Both the position numbers and the translations under genes were made by a program. A DNA stretch of 63,596 bases, counting the filler, from Candidatus Aminicenantales bacterium (GTDB lineage Bacteria > Acidobacteriota > Aminicenantia > Aminicenantales > UBA4085), in assembly GCA_049515535.1 (NCBI GenBank). It is 4 parts of 4 records of this genome, joined end to end, with 100 filler letters (N's around TTAATTAATTAA, not from the genome) between each part and the next. Parts side by side here need not be neighbours in the genome. Positions count along the whole stretch, not along the records: positions 27,030 to 52,061 come from JBEKTZ010000019.1; 3 more parts are not named here. One strand, written 5' to 3'. The stretch's first letter is position 1; each line of letters starts with the position of its first letter. The notes under the pieces are model-generated. The model was given only the letters and a program-made list of their open reading frames with translations, did not search any database and was not told the DNA's origin. This document shows positions 41,451-51,384 of this stretch, piece by piece.

Positions 41451-41951
41451 CTACAGCTCTTGATTTTTCCAAGCCCCCGTGTATTTTGCATTGCCTCTGC
41501 ATTCTTGAAGAACAAGGTGGCAGATTTTCATTCCTGGTATTAGCCATATTTTATTTGGTCCGGCATTGTAAATTTCCAGAACCTGCCTGTTTGAAATCCC
41601 CGGAGCTATGAATGGAGCAGTCACATGACTCATTAGTCCGATTCGGGCGAATCTTGAGCGCGAGTTCAGCCATCCGCACAAGTCCTCAGGGAGGGTAATC
41701 CTCTCTTTTGTGATCCCGAGCACTAGTTCCCCGGGCTCTAATAGGTAGCCAGTATTCATATCAACAAGGTCAGTCAGCGTTCTATAGTCGATATCTCCTT
41801 GCGTAATATGCTGGTTGGCTTTGAAGATCCGTACTTGATTATCTAGAGTCAGATCAATTGAGGCAGGACCTACGGCATTCTCGTCATACGGTTCTATTCT
41901 TATTCTACCGTTCATAATCTGATTAAGTATTTCAGATTTTGCGAGAATCAT
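41451..41951 (-). CDS. dcd: dCTP deaminase
   Basis: GPASIDLTL, LEPGELVLGITKE, SRSRFARIGL, LEIYN and G.KIC motifs. Confidence 0.85.
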   Translation of the reverse strand: MILAKSEILNQIMNGRIRIEPYDENAVGPASIDLTLDNQVRIFKANQHITQGDIDYRTLTDLVDMNTGYLLEPGELVLGITKERITLPEDLCGWLNSRSRFARIGLMSHVTAPFIAPGISNRQVLEIYNAGPNKIWLIPGMKICHLVLQECRGNAKYTGAWKNQEL

Positions 41952-42129
41952 TTTGAACGCTCCTTAAAGATCATCGTTGCGACTCCCGGCAATTGCCAAT
42001 CTAAACCTCTCCGCTCATCAGTTGTTTAAGTCCATAGAATTCAGCAAGATGGCTTCGCCTTGCCACGCTCGGTACCGTGACCTGCCTCCACTTAGTGTAC
42101 CACCTGTGAAGTGAAAGTTCCAGGCTCGG

Positions 42130-42272
42130 GAGCTGGCGGCTGATTAATGATTTATGGACTTGGTTTCAGAACATCAAGTCCTTGAGAAAGACAGAGAGAA
42201 GGCGCCGGCGGCTGAATATCGATTTCTGGATATTCTTTCAGGACACCCAGGGCAAGGAGGAGAAGGGGTAGA
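42130..42272 (+). repeat. Cluster 9 of tandem repeat family
   Basis: GGCGCCGGCGGCTGAATATCGATTTCTGGATATTCTTTCAGGACACCCAGGGCAAGG. Confidence 0.85.
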
Positions 42273-42299
42273 AAAACAGAAGCTCAGCAGCTTCGTAAG

Positions 42300-42590
42300 C
42301 TATCTGTCGATCGCTTTTATCTTTGAAGCGATGGTGGCCTCTTTGTCCAGGCGGTGGTCGATTCTTAGGACGATATGGATGCGCTGGGCTCCCATCCCGA
42401 CCAGCGTTTCGTCGGCGCGGCCGATGATCTCGAAAAGCGCTTTCAGGTCAGGAGCTTCGATGGTCGTGGACATCCCGCCGGTCACGCTTCGCAGGCCCGA
42501 GGCCTCGATGATACGGATGACTTCCTTAACATAGCGGCTGACCGAGGAACCTTCGCTTGTCGGAAAGACGGCCAGTTCGGCGATAATCAT
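42300..42590 (-). CDS. MTH1187-family thiamine-binding protein
   Basis: MIIAELAVFP..GSSVSRYV...MSTTIE...R....RID.R.DK. Confidence 0.85.
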   Translation of the reverse strand: MIIAELAVFPTSEGSSVSRYVKEVIRIIEASGLRSVTGGMSTTIEAPDLKALFEIIGRADETLVGMGAQRIHIVLRIDHRLDKEATIASKIKAIDR

Positions 42591-42664
42591 GATAATCTAT
42601 GTGTTTATCAGCTTAATTCTATAACAGAGGCGCAATCTTTTCAAATGGTAATATTGTTTTCAAT

Positions 42665-42850
42665 CGTGCTTTCAGAACATCTTCGGCAAGTCGCCTCGGA
42701 GAAGAAAGAGGAGCGAAGCCGGGCGGCTGAATATCGATTAATAGACGTAATTTCATCTCAGGGCAAGTCGCCTCGGGGCAAGAGAGCGGCGCCGGGCGGC
42801 TTACTATCTGGCGAAATTTAAGAACATCCGGGCAAAGAGGAGAGCGGAAG
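42665..42850 (+). repeat. Cluster 10 of tandem repeat family
   Basis: Anchors at 42685, 42762, 42831. Confidence 0.88.
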
Positions 42851-42913
42851 GCGAATTGACGCTTCCTCGATTCTTTGATAATCTTGAGCCACACCTGATT
42901 GAAGGGGTCAGTA

Positions 42914-45397
42914 GTGACCGTCAAATGCCCGAAATGCCATTCTGAGAATTCTGAGACCAAGCAGTTCTGCGGAGATTGCGGCACCCCGCTTCCCTCCTCC
43001 AAAGAATTTCCTTTCTCTCAAACTGAGACGCTTCAGATGCCTATCAATGAATTGACCACCGGCTCGATATTTGCCGGCCGATACCAGATCATCGAAGAGA
43101 TGGGCCATGGCGGCATGGGCAAAGTCTATAAAGCGCTCGATACGGAAATCAAAGAAAAGATTGCCATCAAGCTCCTCAAGCCCGAAATCGCCGCCGACGC
43201 GGAGACCATCGAGCGATTCAGAAATGAGCTGAAATTCGCCCGCAAGATCCGGCATACGAACGTCTGCCAGATGTTCGACCTTGCCAAGAGCGAAAGCACG
43301 TATTACATCACCATGGAGTTCGTCCAGGGCGAGGACTTGAAGAGGCTGATCCGGAAAATGGGGCGATTGAGCGCCGGGCAAGCGATATCGATCGGCCGCC
43401 AGGTGTGTGAGGGGCTGGCCGAGGCGCATAAGCTGGGCGTCGTCCACCGCGACCTCAAGCCTCAGAACATCATGCTCGATGAGGACGGCCATGCCCGGAT
43501 CATGGATTTCGGCATCGCCCGGTCCATCAAGGCCAAAGGGATCACCGGTGCCGGCGTGATAATCGGGACACCGGAATATATGTCGCCGGAGCAGGTCGAG
43601 GGAAAAGACACGGACCAGCGCTCAGATATTTATTCGCTGGGAATCGTCTTATACGAGATGGTCACTGGGCGCGTCCCTTTTAAAGGCGATACGCCGTTCA
43701 CGGTCGGGATCAAGCACAAAAGCGAAATGCCGAAAAATCCCAGGGACCTCAATGCCCAAATCCCCGAAGACCTGGGCCGGCTGATCTTGAAATGCCTGGC
43801 CAAGGATAAAGACAAGCGCTACCAGAGCGCGGACAACGTGGCCGCGGGTCTAGCTCAAATCGAAAAGGCGCTTCCGACCACGGAAAAGCTCATTCCCAAA
43901 AGAAAGCCGAGAGTTGGGAAAGGCGAAGGAGCGGAGGGGAAAAAATACCTTCTTTATGGGGCCATCTTCGTCTTGGCGGTTTTGGTCGTTGCCGCCGGAA
44001 TCTTCTTGTTCAGGGGAAGGGGCAGGGCGATCACTTCCATTGCCGTCATGCCCTTCGGCTTTACGGGCGGCGGCCCAGATGCGGAATACTTGGCCGAAGG
44101 CATGACCGAAAGCATCATCGGCAACCTCTCCCAACTTCCCGGCCTGAAAAAGGTCATCGCCCGAAGTTCGGTCTTTCATTACAAGGGCAAAGAGATTATT
44201 CCCAAGGACGTCGGCCAGGAGCTCGGCGTGGACGCGATCCTGATCAGCCGGATGAATCAGCGCGGAGACGAGCTTTCGATCAATGTCGAGCTCGTCAACA
44301 CGTCGGATAACAGCCGCATCTGGGGCCATCAGTATAAGAAGAAAGCCGCGGAGGCCTTCGATTTCCAGCAGGAAATTTCGAACTCCATCGCCGAAAATCT
44401 TCGACTGAAGCTCACGGGCCAGGACATCCAGCGGATCGCCAAACGCTCCACGACGAGCCCGGAAGCCTACCAGGCCTATGTTCGAGGCCGGTTTTTCTGG
44501 AACAAACGGACGGAGGAAGGGCTGAAAACGGCCATCGAATATTTCAAACAGGCCGCCGAGAAAGACCCGAATTATGCGCTGGCCTATGCCGGCCTGGCTG
44601 ATTCGTATTCGACTCTCCCTCAATACAGCTCGTTCCCGCCGAAAGAAGCCTTCGAAAAAGCGAGAGCGGCCGTGGCCAGAGCCCTGGAATTGGATGACCG
44701 GATCGCCGAAGCGCACACGGCCTTGGCCGATATTCTTACGTACGAGGATTGGGATTGGGAGGGGGCCGAGAAGGAGTTCAAACGGGCCATCGAGCTCAAT
44801 CCCAACTACGCGACGGCCCATCATTGGTATGCCTTTATTCTGATGTTCATGGGCAGATTCGAGAAATCCATCGAACAGATCGGCCAGGCTCAGGAACTGG
44901 ACCCCTTATCGCTCATCATCAACGCGAATATGGGATTGATGCGCTATTACGCCCGCCGCTATGACGACGCGATCGGGTATTATCGCCGGGCGCTCGAGAT
45001 GGATCCGAATTTTGGCGAGATCCATTGGTATCTCGGGATGGCCTATGGCCAAAAAGGGCTCTTCGAAGAGACCGTCCAAGAGATGCAAAAGGCGGCGACC
45101 CTTTCCGGGGGGTTTCCCAAGCATCTGGCCTCCCTCGCCCATGCGTATGTCCTGGCCGGGAAGAAAGACGACGCCGTCAAAATAGCCAGGGATCTCGATC
45201 AAAGAGGAGAAGGAAAGTATAAAATGGCGGCTTATTATGCCGCCTTGGGCAATAAAGATCGTGCCTTTGAGTGCCTGGAAGAAGCTTATAAAGAGCGGTC
45301 GTCGGAAATTACGATCCTCAAGGTCGATCCCGCCCTCGACAGCCTTCGCCCGGACCCTCGTTTCAAAGCCCTGCTCAAGAAGATGAACTTCGAGTAG
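42914..45397 (+). CDS. Membrane Ser/Thr protein kinase: Zn-ribbon, kinase, TM, TolB-like and TPR
   Basis: CPKC..N....FCGDCG; G.GGMG.VY, HRDLKPQN, DFG, GTPEYMSPE; SIAVMPF; TPR repeats; GTG start. Confidence 0.92.
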   Translation: MTVKCPKCHSENSETKQFCGDCGTPLPSSKEFPFSQTETLQMPINELTTGSIFAGRYQIIEEMGHGGMGKVYKALDTEIKEKIAIKLLKPEIAADAETIERFRNELKFARKIRHTNVCQMFDLAKSESTYYITMEFVQGEDLKRLIRKMGRLSAGQAISIGRQVCEGLAEAHKLGVVHRDLKPQNIMLDEDGHARIMDFGIARSIKAKGITGAGVIIGTPEYMSPEQVEGKDTDQRSDIYSLGIVLYEMVTGRVPFKGDTPFTVGIKHKSEMPKNPRDLNAQIPEDLGRLILKCLAKDKDKRYQSADNVAAGLAQIEKALPTTEKLIPKRKPRVGKGEGAEGKKYLLYGAIFVLAVLVVAAGIFLFRGRGRAITSIAVMPFGFTGGGPDAEYLAEGMTESIIGNLSQLPGLKKVIARSSVFHYKGKEIIPKDVGQELGVDAILISRMNQRGDELSINVELVNTSDNSRIWGHQYKKKAAEAFDFQQEISNSIAENLRLKLTGQDIQRIAKRSTTSPEAYQAYVRGRFFWNKRTEEGLKTAIEYFKQAAEKDPNYALAYAGLADSYSTLPQYSSFPPKEAFEKARAAVARALELDDRIAEAHTALADILTYEDWDWEGAEKEFKRAIELNPNYATAHHWYAFILMFMGRFEKSIEQIGQAQELDPLSLIINANMGLMRYYARRYDDAIGYYRRALEMDPNFGEIHWYLGMAYGQKGLFEETVQEMQKAATLSGGFPKHLASLAHAYVLAGKKDDAVKIARDLDQRGEGKYKMAAYYAALGNKDRAFECLEEAYKERSSEITILKVDPALDSLRPDPRFKALLKKMNFE

Positions 45398-45572
45398 AAT
45401 TCGGCGCGAATCCATAATAGGCGAAGAAGGCATTTGGGAAAAATGAGACGACGAAATTTTTTCGGCGCTCTATCCGGCAGCCTCGTATCCTTAGAAAGCC
45501 TTTTTCATTCAGGGAAGACGATGAGTATCTTTAATGAAAATGTCGATCCATCCATGCCGCGCTGCATATTCG

Positions 45573-45600
45573 GGAACCTTTGCCGGCTCAAAAGGTATAA
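45573..45600 (+). promoter_or_regulatory. Putative ECF sigma (autoregulatory) promoter
   Basis: GGAACC-N16-GTATAA immediately upstream of the ECF sigma gene. Confidence 0.45.
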
Positions 45601-45629
45601 TAATATAGAGGCGAAAAATAACAGAATTC

Positions 45630-46181
45630 ATGGATGACCGGTTGCTCATCGAACAGTCCGCTCAAAGTAACACAAACGCCTTTAAACTCCTTGTTCTTCG
45701 TTACCAGCGGATGATTTTTTCTTATCTGAGAAATTTTCTGCTTCCGATGCAGGTCCAGGAGGATCTAGCCCAGGAAACATTCATGAGGGCCTACAGGAAT
45801 ATCACTGACTTTGATTCCGAAAAGGGGCCTTCCTTCTCGACATGGCTCATCACGATTGCCCGCAACCTGGCCATCAACGAAATGGCGAAGATGAGGCGAA
45901 GGAAGGCGCATTCTGGCGGATTCAGGGATGAAAATCATGGAAGGAATGAAAAAAGCCCTCAGGAAATCCTGGAACAACGCCATTTTAAATCCCGAATTCA
46001 CGACGCGATAAGTCGGCTGCCGGAAAAATTTCATACAGCGGTGGTCCTTTCCTACTTTGATGAGCTTTCGCTCGAAGAAATCGCGGGGATCGAAAATTGT
46101 CCCGTGGGAACTGTCAAATCTCGTGTCTTCCGGGGAAAACAGATCTTGAGACAAATTCTTGAAAGCGAGAATGTACTATGA
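45630..46181 (+). CDS. ECF sigma-70 factor
   Basis: AF..LV.RYQ, EDLAQETF, FSTWL.TIARN and EIA....PVGTVKSR motifs. Confidence 0.92.
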   Translation: MDDRLLIEQSAQSNTNAFKLLVLRYQRMIFSYLRNFLLPMQVQEDLAQETFMRAYRNITDFDSEKGPSFSTWLITIARNLAINEMAKMRRRKAHSGGFRDENHGRNEKSPQEILEQRHFKSRIHDAISRLPEKFHTAVVLSYFDELSLEEIAGIENCPVGTVKSRVFRGKQILRQILESENVL

Positions 46182-46555
46182 GTGATCCTCAGCGTCCCTG
46201 CCACCTGATTCAAGAGGATATTGCTTGGGCCAGAGGACTGAGCCCGGAGGACCAAAAACACGTTCTTTCCTGCAGCGCCTGTTCTGAAACCGCGGCTCGG
46301 TTCGAGGAGTTGGATTCCCTTGTCCGAAATGTGATGGGAGCGGATGTCCCAAACGGCTTCGCGGACAGGGTGGTTGTACAAATAGAAGCAGAAAAACGCA
46401 GAGGAGACAGCTTTTTCGCACGGCGGCGGCCTTTCTTGGAAAGGATATTCTTTTCGAGAGCTGTCCAATGGGCGCTCGTGGGAATCGGCTCGGCTTTCGG
46501 CCTGTTTAAAATTCTCAGATTCTTCGCCGGGGTGTTGATTCATGCATCTCTATAG
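46178..46555 (+). CDS. Putative zinc-binding anti-sigma factor
   Basis: H...C..C (HVLSCSAC), P.GFADRV and a C-terminal TM; overlaps the sigma gene by 4 bp. Confidence 0.75.
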   Translation: MSDPQRPCHLIQEDIAWARGLSPEDQKHVLSCSACSETAARFEELDSLVRNVMGADVPNGFADRVVVQIEAEKRRGDSFFARRRPFLERIFFSRAVQWALVGIGSAFGLFKILRFFAGVLIHASL

Positions 46556-46644
46556 CTTAGACAACCCGTCTGATTCAGAGCTGAAGGGAGTACGGCCCGT
46601 AAGATTAGACCGGGGGGAAAATGTGATTGTCCCGAGGAAAAGGA

Positions 46645-47592
46645 ATGGAAGAGAAAAAAGATAAATTCCGGGAAAGAAAACCTCTATTCGCCGTGGCCCT
46701 GTCCTTCCTTTTGACTGGTCTGGGCCAAGTCTACAACGGAAAACTGCGGAAAGGGATTCTCTTCTTTCTGGCCTCGTTCATCCTGCCCTTTCTCTTCTTC
46801 CAATTGAGTGTTCTGTGGCCCGGTCAGATACTAATGGTTTTTTTGGTCCTGTCCTTAGCGGCGAGCCTTGGCATATTTATTTGGGCTGCTCGAGATGCTT
46901 GGAAGCAAGCCAGAAGAATGGAAAAGAACTACAGGTTGAAAGTCTATAATAGGCTCACGGTCTACATCCTCCTCGTTATTGTATTGAATCTATTCACTTC
47001 CGGACTAATCGTGAATGGGCGGAAAATTTGCTTTTTCGCTCTCCCTTATCGAATGCAAACGGGAAGCATGGCGCCTGCTCTCCTTCCCGGAGATTGGATC
47101 ATAGTAGATAAGAGGATAGATCACGCGTCGAAAAACCTTGGCCTGAAAAGAGGGGAATTGGTGGTTTTTAAGTATCCCCGAAACAAGAAAATAGATTTTA
47201 TTAAAAGGGTCATCGGCCTTCCAGGAGATGAAATCGAATTGAGAGGGATGGAGCTTTACGTCAACGGAAAAAAATGGACAGCTCAAGAGGTGCCTCAGCT
47301 CGAAGAGAGACGGGATGAAAATATCAAGACGGGAACAATCGCTTTCTATGAAAAAGGCGACTCTGGGAATTATATCGTCTATTATCTTCAGGGGGCGGCA
47401 AGACAGGATTTGAGCGTTTCTGTACCGGAGGGCTACTGTTTTGTCCTCGGTGACAATCGTGATAACAGCGCAGATTCACGTCATTGGGGCAACGTCCCTC
47501 TCGATGATATTGTCTCCAGGGCTAGGCTGGTCTACTTTTCCATTGCTCCTGAGGGGGGAGTCCGATGGGGCCGGATCGGAAAGGTTCTGTAG
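46645..47592 (+). CDS. lepB: Signal peptidase I with N-terminal TM extension
   Basis: GSMAP.L..GD, FIKRVIGLPGD and GDNRDNS.DSR.WG motifs. Confidence 0.9.
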   Translation: MEEKKDKFRERKPLFAVALSFLLTGLGQVYNGKLRKGILFFLASFILPFLFFQLSVLWPGQILMVFLVLSLAASLGIFIWAARDAWKQARRMEKNYRLKVYNRLTVYILLVIVLNLFTSGLIVNGRKICFFALPYRMQTGSMAPALLPGDWIIVDKRIDHASKNLGLKRGELVVFKYPRNKKIDFIKRVIGLPGDEIELRGMELYVNGKKWTAQEVPQLEERRDENIKTGTIAFYEKGDSGNYIVYYLQGAARQDLSVSVPEGYCFVLGDNRDNSADSRHWGNVPLDDIVSRARLVYFSIAPEGGVRWGRIGKVL

Positions 47593-47921
47593 CGGAAGAC
47601 ACATGGTTCAGCCCGAGAGGCTGTCTCTCAACGGCTCTGATATGGCCAAGCTTGAGAAGAATAGAAAGGGACATGAATAAAAAGGAAAACAAGTTTGTGG
47701 GAATTTCTATTTGAGTTATTTTTAGAATTCTTAAGTTTAATTGGTCTGAAGAAAAAAGGGATCATCAAAAGATCATCCTGAGAAAGTCCTCACGCTCTGG
47801 AAGGATACTGATCCATTAAAATTAGGGAGGGAAGAGTGAAGAAATCACATGTTACCGGCATTTATGAAACGGAGAAAATCGAAAAGCTTATTACTGGGAT
47901 TGAAGAAGCATAAGGCGGATA

Positions 47922-48110
47922 GGGCGGGAGAGATAGTGGCGTCGGTGGTTGATTACTGATTTCTGGATATAATTTCAGGACACTCAGAGGCAAGTCGTCT
48001 CGGTGCAAGAGAGCGGCGCTGTGCGGTCGAATATCGATTTCGAGACGCGGTTTCAGGATACCCCGGGCAAGTCGAAGAGAGGAGAAAAGGGGCTAAGGAG
48101 GGGGGAGAGC
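47922..48110 (+). repeat. Cluster 11 of tandem repeat family
   Basis: Anchors at 47989 and 48066. Confidence 0.88.
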
Positions 48111-48169
48111 GAATTGACGCTCTCTCGATTCTTTGATACTCTTTAGCCATCCTTTTGAGGGGATAAGCC

Positions 48170-51100
48170 GTGGCCGTCACATGCCCGAAATGCCATTCCG
48201 ATAACCCCGAGACGCTTAAATTCTGCGGGGAGTGCGGCACGCACCTCTCCTCGCTCAAAGATATCCATCCCGAAGTCACGGAAACCATTCAAACGCCGAT
48301 TAAAGAGCTGACCACGGGCTCCACTTTCGCGGGCCGCTACCAGATTGTCGAAGAATTAGGCCATGGAGGGATGGGCACGGTGTACAAAGTCTTTGATATT
48401 GAAATCAAAGAGAAGATCGCCTTGAAGCTCCTGAGACCCGAAGTCGCCGCGGACGAGGACACCATCGAGCGGTTCCGCAATGAAATGAAGCTGGCCCGGA
48501 AAATCGGCCATAAATACGTCTGCCGGATGTATGACCTGGGAAGGGCGGAAGAAACCTACTTCATCACCATGGAATATGTCCCCGGCGAGGACCTGAAGAG
48601 CTTTATCAGGAGGTCGGGACAGCTGACGATCGGGAAGGCCGTCTATGTGGCCCGGCAGGTGTGTGAAGGGTTGGCCGAGGCTCACCGGCTGGGCGTCGTC
48701 CACCGGGATTTGAAGCCTCAGAACATCATGATCGACCGGGAGGGAAATGCCCGGATCATGGATTTCGGCATCGCCCGCTCGCTAAAGGCCAAGGGGATTA
48801 CGGGTGCCGGGGTGATGATCGGCACTCCCGAGTACATGTCGCCGGAGCAGGCGGAGGTCAAGGACGTCGACCAGCGGTCGGATATCTATTCGTTCGGGGT
48901 GATCCTTTATGAAATGCTTGTCGGCCGGGTGCCTTTTGAGGGGGAGACGCTGCTCGGCATCGCCATGAAGCACAAGAGCCAGCCGCCGCAGAATCCCAAG
49001 GAGCTCAATCCTCAAATTCCTGATGACCTCAATCGTATGGTCCTGAAATGCCTGGAGAAAAGCAAAGAGAAGAGATACCAGCGCGCCGAAGATATGCTGT
49101 CGGATATCGGAAAGATCGAGAAGGAGATTCCCACTACGGACAGGGTGATACCCAAACACAAAGGCTTTACCTCCAAGCAGATCACCGTCACCGTTGGCGT
49201 TAAGAGGCTGCTTCTCCCGGCGTTGATTTTTTTCCTGGTGGTTGCCGCAGGATTGATCTTATGGCGTGTCTTGCCCAAGAAACGCGCTGCCCCGCCGCCG
49301 TCGGGCAAGCCTTCGCTGGTCGTGATGTATTTCAAGAACAACACGGGCGATGCGAAGCTGGATCACTGGCGAGTCGCCATTTCCGACTTGCTTATCACGG
49401 ACCTGTCTCAATCGAAGTATCTCAAGGTTCTGAGCTCGGACAAGCTCTTCAATATCCTCAGCGAGATGCGCCAGGCCGACGCCAAAAACTTCACTTCGAA
49501 AGTCTTGAACGATGTCGCGGCGCGCGGCGGCGTCGCCAATGTCCTGGTCGGGAGCTATGCCAAAGCCGGCGAAAATTTCCGGATCGATGTCACTCTCCAG
49601 AAGGCCGGCAGCGGCGAGCTCGTGAGTTCCGAACGGGCGGACGGCAAAGGGGAGGACGGCATTTTTTCCATGGTCGATGACCTGACCAGAAAACTCAAGG
49701 CGGACCTGAAGCTCTCCTCGACCGAGCTCGCCTCGGATATCGACAAAAGCCTTAAACAGATTACGACGTCCTCTCCGGAGGCGTTCAAGTTTTATAGCGA
49801 AGGACGCCGGCTGAACGACGAGCAGGAGTATCGGCAAAGCATCGAAATAATGAAAAAAGCGATTTCCATCGACCCGGATTTCGCCATGGCTTATCGGTCG
49901 ATGGCGATGTCGTTATCCGACCTCAATTATTACTCGGAAAGCCGGGCGGCCCTCCAAAAGGCCTTTGAATTGAGGGCTCGCCTCTCGGACCGGGAGCGAT
50001 ACACCATCGAAGGGGATTTCTGCCGGGAATCGGAAAAATCCTACGGACAAGCGGTTGAGGCCTATCAAAAACTCTTGGAGCTCTACCCGGACGACGATAT
50101 CGGAATCACGAATTTGGGAATTCTCTATATCAATCTCGAGGAGTGGGATAAAGCCATCGAGCTCTATGAACGCGAGTTTCGCGCTAACCCGGAAGATATT
50201 TGGCCCTATCTGAACGTCGAATGCTATTTGGCCAAGGGAGATTATGAAAAAGCGAAAAGTCTGTTGGGTGGTTATATCCGGACCTTTAAAGATCATTACA
50301 TGATTCGCCTTTGGCTGGCCGCCATCGCTTTAATTCAAAACCAATATGACCAAGCACTCAGCGAGATGGAGCGGGTAGCGGTTTTGAATCCGTCCACCGT
50401 CTACAATCCCATGGCCAAGGGAATGATTTTTCAGGTTTCGAACCGCCTGCCTGACGCGGAAATGGAATACAAAAAATTGCTCGGCTTCGAAGAAAAGGTC
50501 GCTCACCTGATGAGCAAGAGTTATTTGGGATTGCTTTATTTGGAACAGGGAAGGTTCAAAGCTGCGGAAGAGCAATTCCGGGAAGGCCTCGAGCTGGCCG
50601 AGAAATATACGGATCGCGGCTGGGCCGCGGATTTCCATCTGCGCTTGACCCATCTCTATTTGGGGATGGGACGAGCCCGTCAAGCTTTGGAGGAAAGCGA
50701 TAAGGCCCTTCGGGAGGCCGTGGACATAACCAGTCTCGCCCGGCAGCGGGAGGCTTTCCTGCTCCGCGGTTTCGCCGAACTCGAGTTGGGATTGACAGGC
50801 GAGGCCCAGAAAACGGCCTCCGACTTGAAGGCGCTGGTGGATTCGGGATCCAATAAAAAAGCGATCCGGTATTATGACCTGCTTATGGGAACCATCGCTT
50901 TGAAAAAAGGACGCCCTTCCGAAGCCGTTGAGAATCTTGAGAGGGCTGCCGCTTCACTGCCCTTTCAATACGATGAGAATAATGACCAGGTCGTGTTTCT
51001 CGATGCTCTAGCCTCGGCGTATTCAAAAAAAGGCGATCTCGGCGCGGCCCGCGATGATTACGAGAAGATCCTCCCGCTGACGTGGGGACGATTGATTTAT

Positions 51101-51277
51101 AGCGATATCTTTGCCAGGAGCTTCTATCAGCTGGGGAAGATCTGGGAGCAACAGGGAGATAAAGCCAAAGCCTGCGAGAATTATCAGAAATTTCTGGACC
51201 TCTGGAAGGATGCCGACCCCGGCCGGCCCGAAGTCGCGGACGCCAGGAAGAGGATGGAGGAGCTGAAAACGCTGTAA
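48170..51277 (+). CDS. Membrane Ser/Thr protein kinase: Zn-ribbon, kinase, TM, TolB-like and long TPR
   Basis: Kinase motifs nearly identical to 42914-45397; TPR tail like 27031-28722. Confidence 0.92.
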   Translation: MAVTCPKCHSDNPETLKFCGECGTHLSSLKDIHPEVTETIQTPIKELTTGSTFAGRYQIVEELGHGGMGTVYKVFDIEIKEKIALKLLRPEVAADEDTIERFRNEMKLARKIGHKYVCRMYDLGRAEETYFITMEYVPGEDLKSFIRRSGQLTIGKAVYVARQVCEGLAEAHRLGVVHRDLKPQNIMIDREGNARIMDFGIARSLKAKGITGAGVMIGTPEYMSPEQAEVKDVDQRSDIYSFGVILYEMLVGRVPFEGETLLGIAMKHKSQPPQNPKELNPQIPDDLNRMVLKCLEKSKEKRYQRAEDMLSDIGKIEKEIPTTDRVIPKHKGFTSKQITVTVGVKRLLLPALIFFLVVAAGLILWRVLPKKRAAPPPSGKPSLVVMYFKNNTGDAKLDHWRVAISDLLITDLSQSKYLKVLSSDKLFNILSEMRQADAKNFTSKVLNDVAARGGVANVLVGSYAKAGENFRIDVTLQKAGSGELVSSERADGKGEDGIFSMVDDLTRKLKADLKLSSTELASDIDKSLKQITTSSPEAFKFYSEGRRLNDEQEYRQSIEIMKKAISIDPDFAMAYRSMAMSLSDLNYYSESRAALQKAFELRARLSDRERYTIEGDFCRESEKSYGQAVEAYQKLLELYPDDDIGITNLGILYINLEEWDKAIELYEREFRANPEDIWPYLNVECYLAKGDYEKAKSLLGGYIRTFKDHYMIRLWLAAIALIQNQYDQALSEMERVAVLNPSTVYNPMAKGMIFQVSNRLPDAEMEYKKLLGFEEKVAHLMSKSYLGLLYLEQGRFKAAEEQFREGLELAEKYTDRGWAADFHLRLTHLYLGMGRARQALEESDKALREAVDITSLARQREAFLLRGFAELELGLTGEAQKTASDLKALVDSGSNKKAIRYYDLLMGTIALKKGRPSEAVENLERAAASLPFQYDENNDQVVFLDALASAYSKKGDLGAARDDYEKILPLTWGRLIYSDIFARSFYQLGKIWEQQGDKAKACENYQKFLDLWKDADPGRPEVADARKRMEELKTL

Positions 51278-51384
51278 ATCCCCTGAACTTTTTTCCTGAA
51301 AAGAAGGGAATCAGAAAAAATCATGGTATGGTCTCAGCGATTCTATAATCGCCATCTCCATCGTCTCGCTCTTCTTGACGATCA

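Noticed and set aside
42154..42821. Repeat units as a coding peptide repeat (for example KAPAAEYRFLDILSGHPGQ)
   Set aside because: Unit lengths are mostly not multiples of 3, frames shift between units, and there are no consistent starts.
47634..47912. AT-rich short ORF-like stretch after lepB
   Set aside because: Multiple stops and no recognisable family; at most a decayed remnant.
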